Below are positions 12,686 to 25,919 of a stretch of 64,000 nt of DNA, piece after piece. Under the pieces are notes generated by a model that worked only from the letters and a program-made list of their open reading frames with translations, was not told the origin of the DNA and searched no databases. This stretch comes from Octopus sinensis (lineage: Eukaryota), in the NCBI RefSeq assembly GCF_006345805.1, contig NC_043009.1, forward strand, positions 4,278,001 to 4,342,000, read 5' to 3'. Position 1 is the stretch's first letter; every line of letters begins with the position of its first letter. Made by a program: the position numbers and the translations under genes.

Positions 12686-15132
12686 AGCCCACGTATTTTC
12701 AATTTGTTTTTATTTCATATCCTTACCAATAATTATTTTTTCTTAGTTCTGACGTCTCTGTAGCATATGGACGATGGTGTTCATCTTATTAAACAGATAA
12801 ATAAGTCAGAGAGAGAGAGAGAGTATAGTATTGTTTTGCTGACGGTTGGATACACTATGTCCTATTTCTGCTGTTGTGAAAAATCAAGTATACTCTATAT
12901 TGAAATGTTTAAAGATCAATAAGAAATATCGTGCAAATCTGTAAAAATAATAATACGAGATGATATTTAGTTGCTCTACCCCAGATGAATGAAAGGTAAA
13001 TTCCACTCTTTGCAAGCTTCGGACTTTTTCCACCAGACGTTAAAATTTTGACTAGATAAAGCATGGCCTGAATATTTAAGAAGTTCGTTTAAAAACCAGG
13101 AGGTCCCGAGCATGATCCCTCTGTGAATCGGCTTAAACATAGTAATTGAAATTATGCTGGCAAAATCTGTAATTGAAACCCGCTGGGTAGGTTGTTCTTG
13201 CAATTCAAAGGGTACAGCCTTGTCACACCAATTCTGTCTGAGGATTACATTAATAGCAAACATGTCTGGAATGCTCATTCGCTTATACGTTAATTTAAGA
13301 GCAGAAAATTTGGTTGAGTAACCAACTGACTCCTCATTGCTTAAACAGATTTAGAACCAACCGCAACATCTTTAAAAATGCTAGGTAGCTCAAACAAATA
13401 GCAATGTCTCTTGTTTATAGAAGGCATATGCTGTCTCTTTGTATTTGCGTGTATGTGCGCACGAGAAGGAAACAGACTGACAAATAGACAGTGTATAGGG
13501 GCGGGGTGATTTGTTCGAGGGAATGAACGAGGCACAATGACACAATCAAGACAAAGTTATTGTTGTTTTGACTCTGGACAGTTTTGATCGAACTGATTTG
13601 TGTCTAAAGATATTCTATTCCAATCAAACTGCAAACTGAAACACATTATCCAGAGTGCTCTAAAACATCAAGATTCCATTTTGGGAAAGAATTGGTCGCT
13701 ATTTCTACCAAGTCAAATGACGTATTCAGTGTAAGCTCAGCAAATTACTTATTGCTGGCAAAAACACAGAATTTTCTTTTGCAGCCACCATGTACTACCA
13801 GTTGATCTACCAAATATTCTAACACGATTGGATAGTCCAATTTACATATCAAGCGCATTCCTCACAACTGGAACGTACATATTAATTGCTGACTAAGATA
13901 CTCTGTTCAAACAATTGTGTTACACCACTAAACTTAGTAGGCATTTAAGCAGTGTGATACTGAATAGCTGATGGGTTTGCTGTGGTACTGATGAAAGAGC
14001 AATTACTCTTGAAATATGCATATACACATATTCCCTGTTTTTTCTACCTTCGATCGCATTATTTACATAAAAAGTATTCCTTCGTGAAACGTAACTTGCT
14101 GTGCTGACTTTGAATTCTAAGGGAAATATTTTGAGAGAAACTCCGAAATTCAGCAAAATACTATATCTCTTTGTCTAAAATATCTCACGGTATTCAATTT
14201 TACTGTTTTACGTTTTGAGTTCAAATCTGACTTGATTTAACATCTTTGGTTTTAGGTTGCTTTTTTTAAAAATTATTTTCCAGCCGTCTCTGAATCATTT
14301 GGATTAAATAACAGTCATTATATATTGCAGTCGTTTCATTCGACATTACTATTAGCATTAATATTAGTATTATCAATGCTGCTTAAACGGATGACTAGTA
14401 GGGTTTAGTTTCTCTAGGGCCACATTCTTTATAAAGCAAACAAAAAAGAAATGTGTTTGCTAATTCCTTTCAGGTCTTCATTTAACTGCAATTAAGCCTC
14501 ACACGCTTTTTCTAAAATAAAAATTAAAATATATATAAAAATTTAAACAATTATTTTTCTTCCTAATTTATTTATGAGAAAGTCATTGCGAGTGAGAGGT
14601 GTCAAATGTCTCAACCCTTGAGACACATCCAAGTATTTAGCATAAAACCGTATAGGCCTTTGTTTTTTCCTTTTTTTGACTGAGTTTATTTCTGCACTAT
14701 TTCTCCATAACTAACCAACTCGCATGCTATTCCATGTAGTGTCGTGCGTGTAATGTAAGTTTGTGTTACATCCAAACATATTGTAGTACTTGTACGTGCC
14801 TGTGAGTTTGTGTTTGAGTATGTGTGTGTGTATGTGTGAAAGAGAGAGGGAGTGGGAGGAAGAGTGTGTATTATTCCATTGTATGGGATTTTAACTAAAA
14901 TGACATTTAAATGCCCCCATAAAATACGCATTTACACGTAAAAGAAAAAATAGATTACGTGGTGCTTGTTGTCCAAACGCTCGATACATGTCCCATAGGA
15001 ATCCTGCAGATATCATGACACCCGTATAATTTGCTGAGGTCTTTCCAAATAATAACAATAATAATAATAATAATAACAATGCTTAAAAATAAATAATTAA
15101 ATAACTAAAACAAAGATATATATATATATATA

Positions 15133-15176
<44 letters not shown>

Positions 15177-15479
15177 ATATATATAATATATATATATGTA
15201 TGTATGTATGTATATGTAGAAATTGGCGTTTGTCCTCTTGTCTCTTCTCCCGCTGTTCTGGGGGAAGTTGGTGGTTTGGTGGTCGCGTTTGTTAATACCG
15301 GTACTGCAATAAGAGCTGTGATAGTTGTTGTGATTATTGCTAGAGTTTTAAATGTGATGATGGTGATGTTTGTTGTTGGTTGTTGTAATGGTGGTTTGTG
15401 TTACCAGAAATGTTCAATGCTGTCAATGTAGCTTTTATTGTTGTTGTTGTTGGCATGTTGTCATGTTGGCAGTTGCAAT

Positions 15480-15910
15480 AAATGGTAAGTGGAGAAGGTA
15501 GTGGTTGTGATGGTGTTGTTGGTGGTGGTGGTGGTGGGGAGCTCTGCTCTAGATGAGGTGTTGAGTTTGTGGCTGGTGTTCTAGTTTATGGTGGTGAAGG
15601 TATAGGTGGTGGTAGTGGTGGTGGCTGTGGTGGTGGTGCTGGTGGTGCTGGTGGTGGTGACGGTGGAGGTTGTGACGACAATAGTCATGGTGATTTTTTT
15701 TTCGATGGCGATAGGTTATGATGGCGGGGGTGGAAGAATGCTCATAGTGATGTCCGTGGTAATGATGTAAGTGTCGATGGTGACGGTGGTGGTGGTGGTG
15801 GTGCTGCAGCTGGCAACGCTGTCAACGGTGTTTGCATTGATGATGATTGTGATGACACTGATACTGGTGATGATGGAGTTGTGATGTAGTTGGTGTTGAT
15901 GGTGGGGGTG
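15480..15910. repeat. Degenerate (GGT)/(GAT) low-complexity tract
   Basis: Direct reading. Confidence 0.8.
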
Positions 15911-16125
15911 GAGATAGTAGTAATAATGTCTTTATTATGGCATTGAGTACCAAGACAAACGGTGGTGTTATGCGATTGCTGAACTATCGTGATGGTGTGA
16001 AGTTAGTGTGGTGGCGATGAGGTACCGGTGGTTTTGACGGTATTATTATTATCATCATCATCATCATCATCATCTCATCATCATCATCATCATCTCATCA
16101 TCATCATCATCATTATTATTGTTGT

Positions 16126-16376
16126 GGAGGTGCGTGGCTTAATGGTTAGGGTGTCAGCATCATGATCGTAAGATTGTGGTTTCGATTCTTGGACCGGGCG
16201 ACACGTTATGTTCTTGAGCAAAACACTTCATTTCACGTTGGTCCAGTCCACTCAGCCAGCAAAAATGAGTAAATGCTGCGATGGACTGGTGTCCCGTCCA
16301 GCTGGGGTACACATACGCCATTGAAACCGGGAAACTGGGCCCATGAGCCTAGCTAGGCTTTAAAAAGGGCGCATTT
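16126..16376 (+). mobile_element. Family C tRNA-derived SINE, full length
   Basis: A-box TGGCTTAATGG and B-box-like GGTTTCGATTC. The central GCGATGGACTGGTGTCCCGTCCAG resembles the V-SINE central motif (from memory). It ends in an ATT repeat. Confidence 0.85.
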
Positions 16377-17249
16377 ATTATTATTATCCAGCGTGTTAAA
16401 GATTCTGCCAGATCGACACCTGAAGGAACTGTGACTATATCGATCAACACTGTTTAATCTACGATTGATATAATCGATTGTTGTCTTTCTCCTAACTGAG
16501 TCCTTGTGCCTGTGCAAGAAAATGATATTAACTGTATGCATTAGAAGTGCAATGTCTTAATACTTTTGGAAGTAAAAATGCCAAACTAATGATTCTATAC
16601 TTCTATCTACAGTTTAACTTCATTATTTCGGAAGTTAACCTTATAAAATTACTGCAGGTACAGTTCATGCATTTACAACAGTATTCCTTGTTTCTACACT
16701 CTCTTTTCGCTTTCTGCATTTTTATAATTACCGGTTTCCAACGTTGTATCGTTAGCAAATCTTCATTAGTATTAAAACAATTGTAAAATTGCCATCAGGT
16801 TGCAAGCATTACCCTTTGCAGTCAGTAAGCCATTTTGAGATAATAGTAGTTGAACTGAAGTGGTGGTAGTGGTGGTAGTGATGGCGTTGTTGGAAAGAGA
16901 TATGACTGAAGTTGGGGGTTTCTCGTTAATTAATTAGGCTACATCGGTCTTGGAGTACTTCTCACCACCAATTCCCCCCCCACTTCTCGCTAACCGAACT
17001 AACTAATTAGTGATAGGGAAATGTATTGATACAAGGAATTCTGCCAAGGGCTGAGATTGAACCTAGTGTCCTTTTGTTCAGGAAAACAGAGTCCCACACT
17101 TTCACTACCCTTAATTGCGAAGATGTTCCACAACCCTCAACGAGAGGTGAAAGTAAGGTTTTAGGCCAAATTTTACGTGCCGGGGAAACTGAAAGAAATT
17201 GAAAAACGACACAAAATAAAATGCGAAGATAACTAACATACTCCAACCC

Positions 17250-17445
17250 ATTCTTCTTCTTCTTCTTCTCTTTCTTCTTCTTCTTCTTCTTCTTCTTCTT
17301 CTTCTTCTTCTTCTTCTTCTTCTTCTTCTTCTTCTTCTTCTTCTTCTTCTCCTTCTCCTTCTTCTTCTTCTTCTTCTTCTTCTTCTTCTTCTCCTTTCTT
17401 CTTCTTCTTCTTCTTCTACTCCTCCTCCTCCTCCTCACTTCCTCC
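17250..17445. repeat. (CTT)n polypyrimidine microsatellite
   Basis: Direct reading; source of the poly-K ORF 17007-17438. Confidence 0.95.
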
Positions 17446-18526
17446 CTCTTGTACTTTCTTATTCATCCCTTTCTCCCTTTCATACCAACAAACACTGATG
17501 CTTTCTTTTTCAGTCAGTTTCTACTCCATCGCAACTTCATTCATTCTTTGAGTCTTTATTTTCATTCCTTCACATCTCTTCCCTCAGTCTTTCATCGTCT
17601 TTCTACACTACACACTCATACTCTCTCTCTCTTTCTTTCTCTCTCTTTCGCTCTCCTCTCTCTCTCTTTCTCTCTCTCTCTCTCATTCTTTCAACTTTTT
17701 CCTCGTCTACCCAAACCTTCTCCACTCCCATTCTGTCGTATCTTCCTTTCTCTTTGTCATTCTCTTTCTCCTCATACACAGATGCTGACACATACTACCT
17801 GTTTTTCTACCTTCACCCACCCCACCCTCTCTCTCTCTATCTCTCTCTCTCTCCCTCTCCCTATCTCTCTCTCTCTCTCTCTCTGATCACTTTATGTACA
17901 CAGATTCACTCTCTCTCTTTCTCTCAGGCAAACCATTTACTCAAGCACACTCTCCCTCCCCACTTCCCATCCTATTACGTTCACATTCTCACACCTACAC
18001 ACTTCACCTTTCATTTTGTGACCCCACTCTTCCTCCTCTCTCTCTCTCTCTCACCCTCTCTCTCTCTCTCTCTCTCTAACGTTCCCGTATTTACATTTCT
18101 TCTGTGCATCTCTATATGTCTCCTTCTCAACATCTGAACCCCTTTTCTTACTCCTTTTCCTCTGCCCTCTCTCCAATGATCAATCCATTAAATCATTATT
18201 GAGTGCCATAAATGGCCGAGTGGATATTTTGCCACAAGGTCCAATCCCACACAACGTAATTCTTGCCTAATCTTACAACACCATTCTGTTATGCTGTTGG
18301 TCAAGACACTTAACACTCCTTACCCTCCAGCATCTTACCTAATTAACAATTCATTCTCATTACTGTTTTTGTTAATATTATTGTTTTCCTTCCTTTTGTT
18401 TTTGGTTATTCTATTCCTCTTATTCATACTATAGTTACCCATGAAGCGCGAGTTCGTATCCCGATCCCATATCGGTTATTTTACTGCCTTGGCTGACAAA
18501 AGTTTACTACTACTACTACTACTACG

Positions 18527-18565
<39 letters not shown>

Positions 18566-18729
18566 GCTGCTGCTGCTACTTATTACTGCTTCCGCCGCTG
18601 CTGTTCTCTGTTACATTCAGTTTTAAATCGATAGCAGCAAGAACTATCATCTTCATCAGGTTTATCAAAATTTCCCTCGGTTTCGCTCCATTGCCAAAGT
18701 TATCAATAACGATAACAATAATACTTTCT

Positions 18730-18935
18730 ACAACAGGCACAAAACCTGAAATATGTGAGCAGGGGGAGGAGTTGGTTACATTGAATCCAATACGCAACTC
18801 GTACTTATTTTATCGACCCTGAAAGGAGGAAAGGCAAAGTTAACCTCGGCGGAATATGAACTCAGAACGTGAAGACGGACGAAATATCGCAAAACATTTC
18901 GCCCCGCGTGCTAATGATTCTGCCAGCTCGCTGCC

Positions 18936-18938
<3 letters not shown>
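18730..18938 (-). mobile_element. Family B tRNA-derived SINE (tail type 1)
   Basis: Minus strand shows head GGCAGCGAGCTGGCAGAATCATTAGCACG, B-box-like GAGTTCATATTCC, core CTTTGCCTTTCCTCCTTTCAGGGTCGATAAAATAAGTAC and a tail ending near GTGCCTG. Confidence 0.85.
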
Positions 18939-18980
<42 letters not shown>

Positions 18981-18983
<3 letters not shown>

Positions 18984-19338
18984 GTTTCTTATTTGAGCAG
19001 AAGGCCAGCAATTTGAGGGGATGCGATCAGTTGATAGAATAGATCCTTGTACTTGATCGGTACTTTCTTTTACCAACGTCGGAAAGATGACGACCAAAAG
19101 TGACATAGGCAGTATTTGAACTCAGAACGTTAAGTGATGGAATAATAATAATAATAATAATAATATAATAATAATAATAATAATGGTTTCTTATTTGAGC
19201 AGAAGGCCAGCAATTGAGGGATGCGATCAGTTGATAGAATAGATCCTTGTACTTGATCGGTACTTTCTTTTACCAACGTCGGAAAGATGACGACCAAAAG
19301 GACATAGGCAGTATTTGAACTCAGAACGTCAAGTGATG

Positions 19339-19339
<1 letters not shown>
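18981..19339. repeat. Tandem duplication of a ~160-bp diverged family B fragment, spaced by (AAT)n
   Basis: 18981-19140 and 19183-19339 differ by three 1-nt indels and one substitution. Confidence 0.9.
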
Positions 19340-19378
<39 letters not shown>

Positions 19379-19401
19379 TATCATTATTATTATTATTACA
19401 C

Positions 19402-19585
19402 CGGGCAAAATGCTTAGCGGTGTTTCGTCCGTCTTTACGTTCTGAGTTCAAGTTCCACCGAGGTCGACTTTGCCTTTCATCCTTTTGGGGTCAATAAATT
19501 ATGTACCAGTAAAACACTGGGTCGCTGTAATAGACTAGCCCCCTCCCCCAAATTTCAGGCCTTGTACCTATAGTAGAAAGGATTA
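19402..19585 (+). mobile_element. Family B SINE, 5'-truncated (tail type 1)
   Basis: GTTCTGAGTTCAAG..GAGGTCGACTTTGCCTTTCATCC core, then tail CCCCTCCCCCAAATTTCAGGCCTTGTACCTATAGTAGAAAGG(ATT)n. Confidence 0.85.
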
Positions 19586-20959
19586 TTATTATTATTATTG
19601 CTTTTATGTACAAGGTCATAATGTCTAACATTTATGGAATGTCTACAGTTGATAAAATCGACCCCAATACGAGTGTATAAATGTGAGGGGGGGAGTTTAT
19701 CAAGGATATTATGACTTAAGAGGAATGGAATTGGACTTATTTCGCGCACTTGCTTTCCCTAAATTCATTAGTGACCAATAACATTGTTTCTTCCTTTTTA
19801 ACACAAGACAAAGCAAACCTAAAATGATTATTAAATATAGGCACAAGGCCAAACATTTTATGGTCTTTGGGTTTAGAGGACTCATTCGATTCCAGTATTT
19901 GAGAGGTTCTTTGTATAACCACTCTCGGATAAACTAGAAAAATTAAAAGTAATGTCGATCTCGACGAGTTTTGAACTCAGAGCTTTAAACGCTCTAGCAT
20001 AATACCACAAAACATATTTATTTAATCCGTCTCCTTACCGACCCTGTTAAGCTACCATCTTTATGTGAAAGTAAACTCAAATAAATTACATTTGAATCCA
20101 GACGCGTATGAGGGCAAGGGTGGTTAAATCACATTGCTTTGTTTATTTCCGTTGTTTTCTTTCAAAGCTCCATCAAATTTGTCGCTATATCCTTTGACAA
20201 GGAACAAAACCAAATATTTGTAATCGATTAAATATAATTGTCCATTAAGTCATTTGCTGCTAAAATTACTGGTATGTGTTTTATTATCAAACTCTAGACT
20301 AGATGAGAGAGTGAATGATGAAAACCAAACAAAAACAGACCTAATATTTTCCTATACGGTATTTGAATATGAAACCGTCTATAAAAATAGATAAATATCT
20401 AAATAAAATAACTAAAAAAAGCAAGACATGAAAAAGACAATAATGACAGCAACTGATATAGGCGCTCAGATGTGACCCAGACAACTTAATGTACACAAAT
20501 TATGGAGCATATCAAGTATCAAAGACATCAGATTATAAACATAGGTTAAATATTTATTCATCGCGCGATCTAGTGAAATTCATGGAGTCAATTACGTATA
20601 TGTTTTTTACATTATTGTTCGTATCCATCAATGGGTGTGTTATGAATTGTGTTCATGAAGAATCAGTGTTGTTCAGGCGTTCATGCCTTTCCTTAAAGTT
20701 ATTCACAATATAAAAGGCGGAAGATAATAAACATAGTTCAAATGTTTATCAGAAGCTGTTGTGGTATATTCATTCAAAGGATGAGAGAATCGGCTAATAG
20801 TGGTGGGATTTCTGGTTACTTTGTGGTTGATTTTTTTATCTGCTAAATGCCAAATAATACAAACAATTACAGCAGGACTTACAATAAGGGTCGTAGTTTC
20901 TGTTTTCTAACAGCTTATCTTCCTTACCATCAACTCTACGACACAGGGGAAAGACAACA

Positions 20960-21560
20960 AAGAACAATGCTTTACAGCACATACAAGACAAAGCAACATA
21001 TTACACAATACTACATAACACAAACCAAAACAATAGCACCTAATTCAAATACTATAGCATGATACAAAACAAAACAACATAATAGAACGGACCTCACCAC
21101 AGCGCAATACATTGCAATAGAACATTTTATAACAGAGCACTATTTAACATAAGAAAACCGAACGCCACAATCTAACACAGGGAAATACAACGCAAAACAA
21201 CATAGCACAACATAACAGAACAGAATGCAATAGAACAGAAGGCATTCAACACCACACAACACAATACACAACAACAACACACACAGAAAATACGCAATGC
21301 GGCACAAAACAACACAACAAAATAGCACATAACACCACACAACACAACAGAAATCTATTCCGCATAACACAATAGTACAACATAATCCAACATCTGAAAA
21401 CACATTGCCCCACAACACAATAACCATGCACCTCAATAAAACACCGTAACACACAACGTAAAGCAAAGACCTAACACAACACCACACTTACAACAGAACT
21501 CTAATCAACGCAATCAACATAACATCGTACTACAAAGGACAACACAGCACCACATACCAC
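20960..21560. repeat. Degenerate pentanucleotide (ACAAC/ATAGC-type) array
   Basis: Direct reading; source of the C/V-rich ORFs 21140-21487. Confidence 0.75.
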
Positions 21561-21731
21561 ACAAACAGCTCAGAAAAACAAAAAAAAAGACCTCGATGAA
21601 GTAAACACTCTAATAATTATTGACGGCTTTTCAGGTTTCACTACTTTATGTAATTCCATCATTCCATAAAGATGTTTACAATAGCACCATCAGTAATATT
21701 CCTGGTGGTGGTGGTAGTAGTAGTAGTAGTA

Positions 21732-21776
<45 letters not shown>

Positions 21777-22519
21777 CAACAGCAGCAGGAGCAGCAATAT
21801 AGGCAGGAAGCCAGAGAAAAAAAAAAGCAAAATGACTAACTTTATTTATTCGGTAGCAAATTTTCTCGCAGATTTCAAAACCCAGAAACGATAAAGAAAT
21901 AAAAGTTTCTTTTTATTATATATATATATTTTTTTTTTTATTTTGGGGTGCAGGTGGAGTCATTATTATATCATCATTATAATTGTTATCGTTGTGGTTG
22001 CGCTTCTTGTCGCAATAATAATAATAATAATAATAATATAATAATAATATGATATTATTATTATTATTATTATATAATTGCTGGAAAAAATACTGCCTTC
22101 TTTGTTCATCTCTGATTTGATTCCAATCCAATTTTCTCAACGTACAATTTTTCTTCACTCTCTCAAATTTTGTTTCTTTCTTACATTGCTTTCTATATAT
22201 AATTCTTTCATTCTCCGTCTCCTCATCCTCCCCCTCTCTCTTTCTCTCACACACTCTCTCTCACTCTCTCTCTCTCCCTATCTGTCTATCTTTCTCTCCC
22301 CTTCTCTATCCATGTGATTTTTCCCCTCTTATTTTAGAATATTTTTCTATCAATTCCATATCGTTCCGTCTCTATTCGTTCTACCACTCCTTCTTTCTCT
22401 GATTTTGCCATACATATTATTATATTTTAAAATTATTCTATCTTCCCGCCGAACGTTTAAATATCCCTCATCTTTTATTTTCTCTCCTTTTATCTTTCAC
22501 TCTGAACTCGAATGCGTAC

Positions 22520-22571
<52 letters not shown>

Positions 22572-23367
22572 GATTGATATATTTGTGTGTTTGTATTTGT
22601 GCATTTTTCCTCTCTCTTTCTCTACATACATACACATACATAGACACACACGCACACAGTAAGAGAGATCCATCGTTATATAACTTACTAGTTATCCATC
22701 TATCAATCGTCTTGCCTAGTGATTGATCTCTTTCTCTTCTCAATATAACACACATACACACACACACACACACACTCGCATATATATATACATACACACA
22801 CCATCAATCTATCTATAACTTTAAATTACTTTAATTCTTTTATCAATTTCCACACATTCGTATACACATGCACACTCTACACAAGTTCTCTTTCTCTCCC
22901 TCACCTCTGCTCTCTTTAACAGAGCACATTGCTTTGTTTTTCATATAATTTACTTTCTGTTTAAATCCTGCGGTTCGAGCAACCTTTTGAAATTGCAATA
23001 ATTTTATACTCACTCACCCTCTCTTTCTTGCCCTACCCTCTCATATTCTATGTCTTTCTCTCTAACACACGTTTTATTTTTCCTCTATCTCCCCACCTTC
23101 CCGTCAATTCAATTCAAACTGACGTCACTCTTTCTTCTCTTTCTCTCTCATACTTTCTTTTATTCATCTTTGTTTGTCTCTCTTTACTTCATTAAAACTC
23201 TCTCTCTTTCTCCTCCTCCTCCCTCTACTCACACCCTCATTTGTATTTTTCTTTCTTAAGCATGCTTTGACCTAATGTTTTCGGTTGCCTCGGAGGGAAG
23301 AATTCACGCCTGAAGGCATATTTTGGAAATTCAATTCTTCCTACTTCAACCAACAAAGACGTTACAC

Positions 23368-23411
<44 letters not shown>

Positions 23412-24243
23412 TACACCAGTAACGTACAACATCACTAAATTAGTCGTTCATACGTACATACATGCAATCACATTGTCACAGACACATAGAGGCATTTGTA
23501 CAATTACATACGAACGCATACACACTCACACATACAGTTCTGAATACATATAAATACATAGAGCGACATCTGCATATCTGTATACGTATCTGCATATAAA
23601 CAAACATGTATGATCGTACACACATGTATACATAGGAAAAATCGAAAGCATTCTTATACATATACTCTAATACACGCAGCATAAACATGGAATCACACAA
23701 ATGCACACGTTAAGTACATGCATAGACAAACATATACACACAATTTAGATTCTATTACCACTAGAAACAGATATTTCGAGGATTTTTTAGTATGTTTTTG
23801 TTTTGCAGAAAAAAATTAAATAGTACACTTAAATATCGAAGCAAAAAAAACTGGGAACGAAATAAAGAATTTCTATAATAAATTTGATAAAAATACTAAA
23901 AATGAAGATAAACAAGGGTGTCAGCAAATTTCGTTTTCTAACAAAGGCACGTTCTCTCTAGTGTTGTTGTCCCTTTGTAGACCTCTATACTAAATTTTTT
24001 GTTCGTGTGTACGTGTGTGTTCGTGTATATATATATATATGTATGTATATGTATATACACTTTTACTTTTCATTATACAAACGCCAGCAATTGCAAGTTC
24101 GAACAAAATAAGGAAAAAATACATTTAAATTAAGAAAGTGAATAAAAAAAGCCAAGACTAAAATAAGATATATATATATATCGAGAGAGAGAGAGAGAGA
24201 GAGAGAGAGTTAGGTTAGAATTAAAGGGAACCCAATGAAATTT

Positions 24244-24289
<46 letters not shown>

Positions 24290-24769
24290 TAACAATAATA
24301 ATAATAATAATAATAACAATAATAATAATAATAATGACGTTGATGAAGTAAATGGTATGAATAATAAATATTTAAATAATAATGGAAAAATAGTGACGTC
24401 AGATTTTCTTGTATTTGTAAAATAAATTCTTGTAATTCCAATTGAAGTTCTTTAGAATAGCGAGTTTCTTCAATTCTGCCTTCGTTACGGTTTTCACAGT
24501 TTGTAACTATAAGCTGTTAGAGGAGAAGGATCGAGAAAAATAAATAAATAAATAATTGCATTATATATAATCAGCTGAAATTGCGACGATAATCTGGTGC
24601 TTGACTGAGGATACAGGGCTTCGAATGAGCCGTCCTTGTTTTATTGTATCGTCTATTGGGATGTTTTGTCGTCTCTTTTTGTATCACCTAGCTGTCCGAA
24701 TGTTTTGCGTTCTTGTTCCATTTATATATATATATGTGTATAATATATATATATATATTCTATCTGTTT

Positions 24770-24912
24770 ATTTTCTCGTGTTCTTTTCTGCTGAAGAGCG
24801 TACGCTCGAAAAGTAAAAGGCTTTCTCACCTTCCTGAGCGTTAAACTAATACACCTGTTTGCTGTTTATACACGTGTCTTTGTCTTTTGTTGTTTTGTAA
24901 ATTACAACTATA
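24770..24912 (+). mobile_element. Penelope-like terminal repeat fragment with hammerhead-like core
   Basis: CTGCTGA-A-GAGC-GTAC-GCTC-GAAA followed by a GAGCGTTAAACTAATAC.. segment. A related reverse copy lies at about 51235-51365. The PLE assignment rests on the known association of minimal hammerheads with Penelope-like pLTRs. Confidence 0.5.
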
Positions 24913-24942
24913 TATATATATTATGTGTGATAATAATGACAG

Positions 24943-25151
24943 TCCTTTCTCCTCCAGCACAAAGCATCAAACTTGAGGGGAGGAGATTTGTCGATTACAT
25001 CGACCCCGTTGTTTTACTGATATATAATTTATTTATCCCGAAAAGATGAAAAGAAATTTGAAAGAAATTTAAACTCAGAACGTAAGGACGGGTGAAATAC
25101 CGCTAAGCATTTTCCCAGCGTGCTAACGATTCCACGCCGGCTCGCCGCCTT
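24943..25151 (-). mobile_element. Family B SINE, diverged
   Basis: GAAATACCGCTAAGCATTTT..GTGCTAACGATT..CTCGCCGCC head, read on the + strand. Confidence 0.8.
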
Positions 25152-25176
25152 AATAATGATAATAATGATAATAATG

Positions 25177-25213
<37 letters not shown>

Positions 25214-25919
25214 CACCACCATCATCAGCAAGACTAATGATATAATTACCGCCACCACCATTGTTAATACTATATCATCACTAATACTACTACTTCTGCT
25301 GCTACTGCTACTGCTTCAGCTGCTGCTGCTACTACTACAGCAGGTCCTAATAATATCATCATCACCGTCGGTACAACAAAGATCAGAATTACAGACACTA
25401 CAAGGACCTCTCCCACTCCTACCACGGACCACCAATGTAGTAAGAACCACCACCCCCTATCCCCACCGCCAAAGGCAATGTCACTATCACAGAATCTACC
25501 ACCACCAACACCACAACTACCACCATTACAACTACTATGGACCACCAACAGAGAGAAAGGTTATCTACTAGACATTGTTTTTCCAAGTAAGCCAACGACT
25601 GAATCCTTGTGTGGTAGTCGCTAGTCATGCTAGAAATAGTAGCCAAATATTATTTCCCTCAATCTACATCTTACTATCATAGAAAATAATTAATTGCGAT
25701 AGAGCTAGTAGTAATACCAAAAAGGAATTTTGATATCCAACTTAACGTGGAGTTTGTGTTTAGAACACAGAATAATGTGTTATTTGCGTTGGGTTCCATG
25801 TTCTGATGCAACCTCTACGTTACTTTGGCGATCAAAATTACCATTCAATATCTTAGAAATGGGGATATTCAACAATGCAGCGATGGGTTATTTTCATATT
25901 TTCCTTTCTACTAAAAGCA

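Noticed and set aside
12976-13278. 100-aa minus-strand ORF (MSIPDMFAIN...)
   Set aside because: Its end overlaps a decayed family B SINE and it shows no protein family signature.
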